Shown here one piece after another: positions 48,538-60,218 of a stretch of DNA of 64,000 nucleotides. This DNA is from Nitrospirota bacterium. GTDB lineage: Bacteria; Nitrospirota; UBA9217. A program made the position numbers and the translations under genes. Every line of letters begins with the position of its first letter. Position 1 is the first letter of the stretch. The stretch lies in contig CAWCKW010000012.1 of the NCBI GenBank assembly GCA_963796285.1, positions 1,920,001 through 1,984,000 on the forward strand, written 5' to 3'. The notes beneath the pieces are model-generated. The model saw only the letters and a program-made list of their open reading frames with translations, made no database searches and was not told the DNA's origin.

Positions 48538-50469
48538 TTATCCAAGAACCGCGATGACCCGGCCCATATCCGCTATCCCATATCCGCCCATGCTTACGAT
48601 CCGCTCCCGGAACTCGTTGTTCCCGCGGATGATCCCAAGTAACGCCTGCATCATCGGCAAATCGTAGAACTCCCCGGGTATGGCCAAATCATACCGCTCT
48701 TGCGCCACAGGGACAAAATCGAGATCCAGCGCCTGGGCAGCCGAGAGCACCGCAAGCCCGGTGTCCGCTGCTCCTGAAAGCACGGCCGCAGCAACTGCCA
48801 TGTGCGTAAATTCCTCATGATAATACCCGTTTACAACGGCTGGGTCAATACGCAATTTTTTAAGATGCAGATCCGTTAACAGCCTTGTGCCTGCGCCCGC
48901 CTGGCGGTTCACGAAGACCACGTCCTTGCGTCGAAGATCCTCAAATGCTTTGATGCCTTTCGGATTCCCTTTGGGCACGATGAAACCCTGGGTCCGGTAC
49001 ACAAGGTTCACGAGCACCACTTTCGTATCGGGAAGAAGCTTCTTGATATAGCTTACATTATATTCACCCGTCTCTTCATCGAGCAGATGCGTTCCGGCGA
49101 GGTGCGCCTCTCCGCGTTTGAGCGCGAGAAGGCCGCCCATGCTGCCGACGTGCGCTGAGGAGAGCGAATACTCAGGGTGTTTTTTCTTGAGATAATTTCC
49201 GAGCACGTCAAGGGCATTGTCATGCGACCCGATGCAGACAAGGGTATTCTCAATATCACGGGTGGAACGCATAAGCTCAACTGTCACTGCATGACCGGCA
49301 GCGATTCCCTCGCTCTCAGCAGGAACGCGGATAATGCCGTCGGCGCGCACCAGAGACATGAGCGCCCCTGCGCCCCTGGTCACGGGTGTCGCGATCAGGT
49401 TGCCCGACACGCTCCCGATCTTCACGCGGATGAACTCCTCCTGCCCGAGTGATGACGCCACCTGCCTGCTGAGCTTTGCCGTGATCGTGTCCGGACCGGG
49501 TGCTTGCAGTCCCAGCAGCGCGTAGATCAGCGGTTTGACAAACAGCGTGAAGGTGAGTGCCGCTGATACGGGATACCCCGGGATGCCGATCACGGGTTTG
49601 CCTTTGACGATCCCGAGGATCACCGGCTTGCCGGGCTTGATGGAAACACCATGCACAAGGACCTCCCCGAGCTCCGTGATCACATCAACGGTAAAATCTT
49701 CCCTGCCTGCCGAGGATCCTGCATTGATCACAACCAGATCAGCGTCGGCAAGCGCATCGAGAATTGTCTGACGGAGAAGATCCGCATCGTCTTTTACGAT
49801 ATGTCTTCGGACCGCATGCGCGCCGTACTCCGTGGCCATCGCCGCAAGCATGGTCGAATTGAAATCAATGATATCTCCTCGTTTCAGTTCGCTGCCCGGC
49901 TCCACCAGTTCGGTGCCGGTCGGGATGATCGAGACCACGGGCCTGCGCCGGACCATGACGGCAGAATGGCCGCTCGCGATCATGGCTGCCATGTCCACCG
50001 GCCGGATGACATGGTTCTCGGAGATGATGAGCTCGGTGGCAACAATGTCCTCTCCAACCAGACGCACATGCTGCCATGGCGTTGCCGGCTTCAGGATCTC
50101 GATCTCGGTATCAGATGTCTTTTCCACGTCCTCGATCATGATCACCGCGTCATACTCCTCGGGCATGGGGTCGCCGGTGTCGATCGGGACGGCCTGCGAG
50201 GGGACGTCAAGACGCCTGGGTCTCGTCTCCGACGCGCCAAAGGTGTCAATGAACTTGACGGCATAGCCGTCCATGGCCGCTGAATGATAGAACGGCGACG
50301 AAATCTTCGCGATCACCGCCTCGGACGTGACGCGGCCCAGCGCATCACCCACAGGAATGTGCTCGCCCGCATGCGGCCCGCCGATATGCGCCGCCTTCAA
50401 TGCATCATTATACTTATTGATCGCATCCGCAAGCGGCTGGTTGTCGAGATATTTCTTTTGTTTGTACAT
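48538..50469 (-). CDS. moeA: MoeA fused to a C-terminal periplasmic-binding/LysR-type domain
   Basis: AAMDGYAV, TGTEL, GSSAGRED, IKPGKP, GIPGYP; then IGSHD, VGSMGGL, NRQAGAGTR. Confidence 0.9.
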   Translation of the reverse strand: MYKQKKYLDNQPLADAINKYNDALKAAHIGGPHAGEHIPVGDALGRVTSEAVIAKISSPFYHSAAMDGYAVKFIDTFGASETRPRRLDVPSQAVPIDTGDPMPEEYDAVIMIEDVEKTSDTEIEILKPATPWQHVRLVGEDIVATELIISENHVIRPVDMAAMIASGHSAVMVRRRPVVSIIPTGTELVEPGSELKRGDIIDFNSTMLAAMATEYGAHAVRRHIVKDDADLLRQTILDALADADLVVINAGSSAGREDFTVDVITELGEVLVHGVSIKPGKPVILGIVKGKPVIGIPGYPVSAALTFTLFVKPLIYALLGLQAPGPDTITAKLSRQVASSLGQEEFIRVKIGSVSGNLIATPVTRGAGALMSLVRADGIIRVPAESEGIAAGHAVTVELMRSTRDIENTLVCIGSHDNALDVLGNYLKKKHPEYSLSSAHVGSMGGLLALKRGEAHLAGTHLLDEETGEYNVSYIKKLLPDTKVVLVNLVYRTQGFIVPKGNPKGIKAFEDLRRKDVVFVNRQAGAGTRLLTDLHLKKLRIDPAVVNGYYHEEFTHMAVAAAVLSGAADTGLAVLSAAQALDLDFVPVAQERYDLAIPGEFYDLPMMQALLGIIRGNNEFRERIVSMGGYGIADMGRVIAVLG

Positions 50470-50591
50470 ATCGATTGTATGAATAAAGGTTACATGACCT
50501 TGTTACGAATGTATTGGAAAATCGCCTTTATTGTTCAACTCCGCGCTTTTTCATTGTAATTTCCAGCGGGTCAATGCTGCATCCCCGTTCG

Positions 50592-51873
50592 TTAGAACAG
50601 CCTCACTTCCACTTCCTCGCCAGTCTCTATCCCGATCTTGTTCGTCGGCACCACCACCGTGCCGACAGCTTTGACGAGCGTGCTGATGAGCCCAGACGCG
50701 CCGAACACAGGACGCGCCCAAAGCTGCCCGTCCTTTTTCTCAAGCGTCACGCGCACGTGGTCCTCGCGTCCGGGACTTGATGAGATACTGCGCTCCAAGT
50801 TTTGCCTTCACGACACGATAGGACGACACCCCCTCGAGCGCGGCGTGGGGGACCTCTCCCGAGATGCGAACAAGAACTGGTTTTACGAAGAGTTCAAAAC
50901 AGATGCTGACCGCAGCGGGATGCCCCGGCAGACCGAATACCGGCACTTGCTTCCTGGGTGTCGAGATGAGCCCAACGATGAGCGGTTTTCCGGGTTTGAT
51001 CGAAACGCCGTGTACCAGCACGCCCGGCCTTCCCGCATCATTGATCACCTTTGCCGTGAGGTCCGCGATACCGACCGAGCTGCCGCCGGTCAGGAGAACA
51101 AGAGCGCAGTCCCTGATCGCGGCTTCAAGCGTTTCCCTCAAACAGGCATACTCATCAGGGATGATCCCCAGTCTCACCGGCATACCACCTGCCTGGGTGA
51201 TCAGGCCTTCGAGATTGAAGGAATTACTGTCCCGGATCCGGCCCGGTGCGGGAGTGCTCTCTGCGGGAACGATCTCGTTCCCCGTGGAAATGATCGCGAC
51301 CTTCGGTTTTTTGAATACGCCGACATGGACGATCCCCACGCTGGCGAGCGCGGACATGTCTTGAGGCCGCATGCGGTGGCCGCGAGACAGGATGACCTCG
51401 CCTTTTTTTATATCATCACCGGCCTGGACGATGTTTTCCAGCGGTGCAACAGGCTTTACCACTTCAATGCTCGTTGCATCGATAGACTGGGTCTGCTCGA
51501 ACATCACCACGGCGTCCGCGCCCTGCGGCAGCGCGCCGCCGGTCGCTATCTTCATGGCCTCGCTTTTCGACAAGACCCGCTCGGGCATCGTGCCCATGAG
51601 AATGTCGCCGGCAAGGGTGAGCAAGGCAGGCCGCGACTCGGCGGCACTGAAGGTGTCGGCGCTCTTGACCGCATAGCCATCCATGGTGGAGCGGTCGAAT
51701 GCAGGAAGGTTTTCAGCCGAGAGGATCTCCTCAGCCAGCACCCTGCCAAGGGTATGGCTGATATGAATTTTTTCACCTGCGGGAAGTGAAGCAGTGAAGT
51801 GCTGATCAAGCAGGGAGAGAGCGTCTTCTCGGGAGACCACACCTGTGCGGCCGAGCATGTCTTTGACGGTCAT
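50592..51873 (-). pseudogene. moeA: Molybdopterin molybdotransferase MoeA, frameshifted near 50795
   Basis: STMDGYAV, STGNE, GGSSVG, IKPGKP, GLPGHP; C-terminal domain (SSPGREDHVRV...SGLISTL) is in another frame and one extra G explains it. Confidence 0.85.
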
Positions 51874-51988
51874 GAAGACAACCTCACCTGCGGCGAGAAC
51901 TGATAATTGACAAAATCAAAATGAAGAATGCAAACTGGCGGGAGGGCACCTGCTCACATTATCACCCTGCTCGCTGCATTCTGCATTG

Positions 51989-52921
51989 CTATTTTCCTTC
52001 TGTCTTGGCCTTGATCTTCCGCACGTATGATGCTGCCCGCATGCCGGCGACAGAGCCCTCGCCTGCCGCTGCCACGATCTGCATCCCGCCGCAGGTACAG
52101 TCTCCGGCGGCGAACACGCCGTCGAGGTTCATCCGCTGATGCTTGTCCACGATCAGGCAGCCGCGATCATCGGTCATACCGCCCGCTTTCAAAATGAGCT
52201 GCGAGATGGGCGTGGAACCCAGGGCGATGAACACTCCTTCGAGCGGCAGTATTTTCTCAGCGCCGTCATGGATGATCTTGAGTCCGGTGACCAGTTCGTC
52301 ACCGACGATGGAATGGATCTTCGCCACCGGGTGGATCTCCACATTCGGCTTTGTTTTGAGACGATTCATCACCGCGGAAACGAAGTCAGGTTCCTTGTGG
52401 GGAACGATCGTTACCTTATCGGCAAGGTCTGCGAGATGAAGGGCCTCATCCGCGGCCTCATTGTCCGATCCGATCACCGCCACCTGCCTGCCCTTAAAGA
52501 AGTTGCCGTCGCAGGTTGCGCAATAGGATACTCCCTTGCCGAGAAATTCCTTCGCGCCCGGCACTTCGAGCTTCTTTCTGGCCACGCCGATGGCTATGAT
52601 CACCGCATGCGCCTCGTACACTTCGTCTCTGGTGCGCACACGCTTGACCTCTCCCTTCAGCTCCATGTCGACCACTTCGACGGGATAGATGATGGTTGCG
52701 CCGAACTTCTCCGCCTGTTTGGCCATGATCTGGGTAAGGTCCATGCCGTTGATGGTCTCATACCCGGGATAATTCTCGATGTGAGCTATCTTGGCGGTAT
52801 AGCCGCCGACAAAATCCTTTTCAAGCACGACGCACTTCTGGCCCGCCCTTCCGAGATAGAGTGCGGCGGTGAGGCCGGCGGGACCCGAGCCGATAATGAT
52901 AACGTCGTAAAACTGCCCCAT
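51989..52921 (-). CDS. trxB: Thioredoxin reductase
   Basis: IIGSGPAGLTAA, ENYPG, GVSYCATCDG, GVFAAGD. Confidence 0.85.
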   Translation of the reverse strand: MGQFYDVIIIGSGPAGLTAALYLGRAGQKCVVLEKDFVGGYTAKIAHIENYPGYETINGMDLTQIMAKQAEKFGATIIYPVEVVDMELKGEVKRVRTRDEVYEAHAVIIAIGVARKKLEVPGAKEFLGKGVSYCATCDGNFFKGRQVAVIGSDNEAADEALHLADLADKVTIVPHKEPDFVSAVMNRLKTKPNVEIHPVAKIHSIVGDELVTGLKIIHDGAEKILPLEGVFIALGSTPISQLILKAGGMTDDRGCLIVDKHQRMNLDGVFAAGDCTCGGMQIVAAAGEGSVAGMRAASYVRKIKAKTEGK

Positions 52922-53136
52922 AGATAATTCCTCCTTGATGTTTACGAACTCCGCCGGACTAGCACATATTCCGAACGATGACCGCTACTAACTGGTGCCT
53001 TCATCTCGACGGCGTGACGTTTTTATTTTATCCGAGCAGCACGGACATGTCAACACCGGAAACAGGATTGGCCGCATACTGCTTGCATATTCGGTCAGGC
53101 TTCGGGTAGGATACTGGAAGATACGAGGAGGACACC

Positions 53137-53310
53137 ATGACCCGGGAAAAGATCATTGAAGCGATTCAAGCGGCATCGGAGAACAACCGGCTTAGTTGCG
53201 AGAAAGCCCACGAACTGGCAAAAGACCTGAACATTTCGCTACAGGAGATCGGTGCAATCTGCAATGAGCTGAAGATCAAAATAGCGGTCTGCCAGCTTGG
53301 GTGTTTTTAG
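53137..53310 (+). CDS. Small Cys-motif protein (57 aa) ending CQLGCF
   Basis: GAGGAGG RBS; MTREKIIEAI...LSCEKAHELA...IGAICNELKIKIAVCQLGCF; not in the ORF track. Confidence 0.85.
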   Translation: MTREKIIEAIQAASENNRLSCEKAHELAKDLNISLQEIGAICNELKIKIAVCQLGCF

Positions 53311-53321
53311 CAACTCACATC

Positions 53322-54470
53322 TTAACGAATGCCGGGTTCCGTGTCTAATTTTAAACCGGGCATGGTCAACGCCTCGCTATAACAGGTCACCCGGTTCTTG
53401 CCCATCTCCTTTGAGCGATAGAGAGCAACATCGGCATCGTGGATCAGTTCGGCATAGCTCTTAACACTCTTCTGGTCCATGATCGACAGACCGAGACTGA
53501 CCGTAACTTTTTCGAAGGGATGGGCGATCTTCACCGAAAAAGGAAACTCATCAATGGACTTGCGCACGCGCTCGGCGACCGTGAGGGCCTCCTCGAGGCT
53601 GGTCTCGGCGAGCAGGATTGAGAATTCCTCACCGCCATAGCGGAAACAGGTGTCCGTGCTCCCGGTCCTGCACGCCGCGTTCAGCAGCGGCCCAATCTGG
53701 GCTATCAACCTGCTGCCTTCAAGATGTCCATAACGGTCGTTGATGCGCTTGAAATCATCGACGTCGATCATGATAAAGCAGAATTCCCTGCCGGTGCGCA
53801 CCTTTCTGCGGACCTCTTCTTCGAGTTTTTCGATCAGCACGCGGTAATTGAGTAAACCGGTCAGTTCATCCACCCGCGCCAGCTCGAGCGTCTTCTTAAA
53901 TAGCTCCGCCTTCTCCAACCCGGCGGAAATCAGGTGGGAAAGTGTCCGCAGAAGGTCGAATTCCTCTATCCTGAAAGCTGAAGGCTTGCTGTGGCTGAAG
54001 CCCATGACCCCGACGATGCGGTTCTCATTCTTGAGCGGAATACCGATATAGCTCCCGAGTTCCTTTTTTTCGTCCGGGCGGTGGAAAAAACTCTCGAACG
54101 GCGCAGTGTCCTCTAAAAAAATCGGCTCGCCGCTCGCCGCGATCGCTCCCGGCGCGCCATTGTCAAAATAAATGGATTCCGGCATCTTGGCCTGCAGCGA
54201 TGGCGAATGGAAATAGATCGGCTCCAGACTGGTCATATCCTTCTTTACCTTGTAAACGGAGGCATTCTCAAAGGTGACCGCCTTGCCGATGGATGACATG
54301 ATCTTTTGGATAAGCTCGGAAGGTTCCAGCTCGGAGGCAATGATCTTGCCAACATCGTAGAAGAGGTGGGTCTCGGTCAGCTTTCGGTAAAAAAGGGTCT
54401 TATAGTCGCGGTCGGGGGCAGAACGCGGGTCGTTTCTTGCTTTTACCATTTTCCGTTTCATCGTCGCCAA
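53322..54470 (-). CDS. GAF-GGDEF diguanylate cyclase
   Basis: GAF (SYIGIPL..IVGVM); DELTGLLN, DVDDFK, RYGGEEF, GKNRV. Confidence 0.92.
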   Translation of the reverse strand: MATMKRKMVKARNDPRSAPDRDYKTLFYRKLTETHLFYDVGKIIASELEPSELIQKIMSSIGKAVTFENASVYKVKKDMTSLEPIYFHSPSLQAKMPESIYFDNGAPGAIAASGEPIFLEDTAPFESFFHRPDEKKELGSYIGIPLKNENRIVGVMGFSHSKPSAFRIEEFDLLRTLSHLISAGLEKAELFKKTLELARVDELTGLLNYRVLIEKLEEEVRRKVRTGREFCFIMIDVDDFKRINDRYGHLEGSRLIAQIGPLLNAACRTGSTDTCFRYGGEEFSILLAETSLEEALTVAERVRKSIDEFPFSVKIAHPFEKVTVSLGLSIMDQKSVKSYAELIHDADVALYRSKEMGKNRVTCYSEALTMPGLKLDTEPGIR

Positions 54471-54835
54471 CCTGCCCTGGACAGTGATTGGTATATCTGG
54501 ATGAAAAATATACCATACTATTCATTATTAAACCAGTAAAAAAATGCTCTCAAGGCCTTAATCCCGACTTGGACGATCCAAAAACAAGCTGCGGTCAGGC
54601 GAACATCTTTGACCAGGATGAGGGCGGATTCATCCCCATAGCAATCTTCCGCTCGCACGATGTACGGTGAGATTTTCCTCTTTGATTGTTCTACGAGATC
54701 TAACGCATTAAAACCGATGCATGATCATGATGCTTCATACTCAAACACTCAACATCAGTGTTAAATACGCTGGTCCTTTTCTCCCCATTACGATCAAAGC
54801 AAGAGGGGCTTCCCTCAGGACTGACCAAGGAGGAG

Positions 54836-57436
<2,601 letters not shown>

Positions 57437-57518
57437 GACAACCTCCGCTAGCGAATCATTAATGACGACGGTTCGCATCGCTCACGAGAACGACGGACGC
57501 ATAACACTTTACTTCCTT

Positions 57519-57562
57519 CGTCCCTCATTCCTCGTCCGTCGTCTATCGTCCCTCATCCCTCG
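57519..57562. repeat. Heptamer tandem repeat overlapping the hspR stop
   Basis: cgtccct cattcct cgtccgt cgtctat cgtccct catccct. Confidence 0.65.
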
Positions 57563-57929
57563 AGATTTTTATTCTTCTCACCACCGGTACGATGGCTGTT
57601 CTCATTTCTTCCCTGCGCCGGATCTCGAGTTCAAGCTCATTGCGCAGAAGTTGGATCGTCTCCTCCATCTCGTGCTGCAACTGTTCCATCTTCTCTCGCA
57701 TCGAGAGGATCACCTCGACCCCGGCAAGGTTCACTCCAAGCTCGCGCGTAAGCCTCAGGATCATCTCAAGCTTCTCCACATCCTCCTCGGAATAGAGCCT
57801 TGTGTTCCCCCCGCTCCGTTTGGGTTTGATGAATCCCTCGCGCTCATAGATCCTGAGCGTTTGCGGGTGGATCCCGAGCATTTCCGAGACCACGCTGATC
57901 ATAAAAAGCCGGTGTTCACGAGTAACCAT
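57543..57929 (-). CDS. hspR: MerR-family heat-shock repressor HspR
   Basis: ISVVSEMLGIHPQTLRIYER, GNTRLYS, LGVNLAGVE; lies between dnaJ and clpB. Confidence 0.92.
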   Translation of the reverse strand: MVTREHRLFMISVVSEMLGIHPQTLRIYEREGFIKPKRSGGNTRLYSEEDVEKLEMILRLTRELGVNLAGVEVILSMREKMEQLQHEMEETIQLLRNELELEIRRREEMRTAIVPVVRRIKISRDEGR

Positions 57930-57938
57930 AGTAACCTC

Positions 57939-58038
57939 ATTGTGGATTGCAGATTGCGGAATGCGGATTGAAAAAGAAAGCTGCCCGGTGCGGTTTTTTG
58001 GTCATATAATCCGCAATCCGAATTCCGAAATCCACAAT
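57939..58038. repeat. Heptamer-repeat inverted element
   Basis: attgtgg attgcag attgcgg aatgcgg ... aatccgc aatccga attccga aatccac. Confidence 0.75.
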
Positions 58039-59180
58039 TAGCTCCTTTTCCTGAATCCCCTGAACGTGATCTCCTTCCGCGGCTGGGCTGGATGCAATCT
58101 GTCAAGTTCGTCAAGGAGTTCCTTCCCTCGATGCGTTACTCCGGTTGGTGTTACCACCTTGACGGTCACATAGTGGTCTCCCACGCCGCCCCCTCCAAAG
58201 TGAGGCACTCCTTTCCCTTTCAGCTTGAGCTGCTGCCCGGTCTGCACGCCCGGCGGCAGGGTGAGCCAGACCATTCCGTCCACGGTCGGGATCTCTATCT
58301 TGTCACCGAAGACCGCCTCTTTCATCGTTACATTCGCCTCGGAATACAGATTATCGCCTTTGCGCTCAAAATAGCCATGGGGCCTTACCTTGGTGACGAT
58401 ATACACATCTCCGGCGGGCCCGCTATGCTCGCCCGGTCCGCCCATGCCTGCAACGCGCACCTTCGAACCGTTGTCCACACCTGCCGGTATCTTCACGTTG
58501 ATGCGTTCGGATTTTTGGACAACACCTCTGCCCCCGCAGGTCCGGCAGGGGCTCGGATTGATGGTCCCTTCTCCGCGGCAGGTAGTGCAAATCTGGGCGG
58601 TCTGCATAAATCCTCTGCCCTGGGCAATGCTCCCCGAGCCCATACAGGTCGGGCAGGTTCTGCGAGAGGTGCCAGGCTGCGAGCCTGAGCCGCCGCACGT
58701 TGAGCACGTCGTATCGCGTTGCAGATCTACCTGCATGGTGCGTCCGAAGATCGCGTCCTCAAGATCGACTTCAACGGAATAGGTTATGTCTTCACCCTTG
58801 GTCGGTCCCCGTGGCCTTGCTCTGTTGCCGAATATATTGCCGAAAATGTCCTCAAACCCGGCTCCACCGCCGCCTTTGAAAAAATCTGCGCCCTGAGTGA
58901 AGCCCTCAAACCCCTGACTCGGCCCAGTGCCCTGACCATAGCCTGGATCAAACGCCGCATGTCCGAACTGATCGTATTGCTGCCTCTTCTTTGGATCAGA
59001 AAGGACCTCATAGGCCTCATTCATCTCCTTGAATTTATGCTCCGCAGTCTTGTCACTGGGATTAACATCAGGATGGTACTTCCTCGCGAGTTTCCTGAAT
59101 GCCTTCTTCAACTCTGCCTCAGATGCACCCTTCTTAACACCCAGTATCTCGTAATAATCTCTTTTTGTAGCAGCTCCCAT
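58038..59180 (-). CDS. dnaJ: Chaperone DnaJ
   Basis: [13 protein letters not shown] region, four CxxCxGxG repeats. Confidence 0.95.
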   Translation of the reverse strand: MGAATKRDYYEILGVKKGASEAELKKAFRKLARKYHPDVNPSDKTAEHKFKEMNEAYEVLSDPKKRQQYDQFGHAAFDPGYGQGTGPSQGFEGFTQGADFFKGGGGAGFEDIFGNIFGNRARPRGPTKGEDITYSVEVDLEDAIFGRTMQVDLQRDTTCSTCGGSGSQPGTSRRTCPTCMGSGSIAQGRGFMQTAQICTTCRGEGTINPSPCRTCGGRGVVQKSERINVKIPAGVDNGSKVRVAGMGGPGEHSGPAGDVYIVTKVRPHGYFERKGDNLYSEANVTMKEAVFGDKIEIPTVDGMVWLTLPPGVQTGQQLKLKGKGVPHFGGGGVGDHYVTVKVVTPTGVTHRGKELLDELDRLHPAQPRKEITFRGFRKRS

Positions 59181-59209
59181 GATCACCTCAAAAATCTATA
59201 TTTTTTAAT

Positions 59210-59239
59210 ATTATAAAATATGAGCGAGTCATTGTCAAG
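59210..59239 (-). promoter_or_regulatory. Consensus sigma70 promoter with overlapping HAIR-like HspR operator
   Basis: TTGACA-17 nt-TATAAT on the minus strand; CTTGAca-N7-gCTCAta overlaps the -35 and spacer. Confidence 0.75.
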
Positions 59240-59273
59240 CATAGGGTTGATAAATATCTATGCATTTATAATA

Positions 59274-59966
59274 TCATTTTATTAATTTTGATAATATACT
59301 GGCCTTTTCTCCCACCTCTATATCAATAAAGGCATTATTTTGATATATCCATGCCACTCCATTGTCATTATTCATGTTATTTACAATACTATTTAGTTTA
59401 GCTTGGTACTCCACACTCCACAGGTTTTTTTTACAGGCAGTAGGCCAAACCAGACCGAGAAGATCAAGCGCATATATTTTTATCAGTGGGTTCTTGTCCA
59501 CGAGTGACCTGATGATCACTTTCTGATAGTTCGCAACCATCTCCGGGGAAACCTCTGCAACACGCGCCAGTGCGTACACAACGCCAGGCCTGAAGGTCTG
59601 TTCTTCTATATCATAGACAACGGCGATCAGCGGGACGATGTCAGCAAAACCTTCCGGATCAGAGCACACGATCTCACCCAAAAGCTCGGGCGCGGCCCAT
59701 CCGATGCCGCCGGATTCATCGGAAAGAGACCACAGGAGCTTCCTCATCGTGATGCGCAGGTACTCGCTATGGGTTATACAAAGCGCTTTCGCAACTCGGC
59801 CCACCGCCTTGATCGCCCGCCATCCCACAAGTGTTTCCTTATCGTAGGCCATGCGAATGAGCAGACTCAGCGCCTTCCTGTTTTCACGGATGAGCGATAC
59901 AACGGCATCCAGGTCATTCGATTCAAGGGAAAGAAGAATAAATTTTTTCGTTTCCAGTTGGTTCAT
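59274..59966 (-). CDS. HEAT-repeat protein (DVU0298-like)
   Basis: WRAIKAVG, RKLLWSLSDESGGIGWAAPELLGEI. Confidence 0.75.
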   Translation of the reverse strand: MNQLETKKFILLSLESNDLDAVVSLIRENRKALSLLIRMAYDKETLVGWRAIKAVGRVAKALCITHSEYLRITMRKLLWSLSDESGGIGWAAPELLGEIVCSDPEGFADIVPLIAVVYDIEEQTFRPGVVYALARVAEVSPEMVANYQKVIIRSLVDKNPLIKIYALDLLGLVWPTACKKNLWSVEYQAKLNSIVNNMNNDNGVAWIYQNNAFIDIEVGEKASILSKLIK

Positions 59967-60218
59967 AGAGTTCCTGCCGCTGAACGGGTGGAATGGTCCA
60001 TGGTCTCAACAAGAGCGCCTGGCCAGGAATTTTCACGCAGATGACCATATCAGTTGCTGTGGCCGGAAACCGTATTCCCAAATGCCTCTATCGGGAATTG
60101 GTGCAATCAGAGTGGGGATACCTGAGCAAAGGGGATACCCCCTTTTTGATATACGCTGTCTCGTTCAGCAACTGCCTGCCCTCCACACTTCTGATTGACA
60201 TGCGCCTCAGGTACGGCC

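Noticed and set aside
54520-54740. Possible decayed GGDEF-like fragment (YGDESALIL) on the minus strand
   Set aside because: Too short and degenerate, with no start codon in frame.
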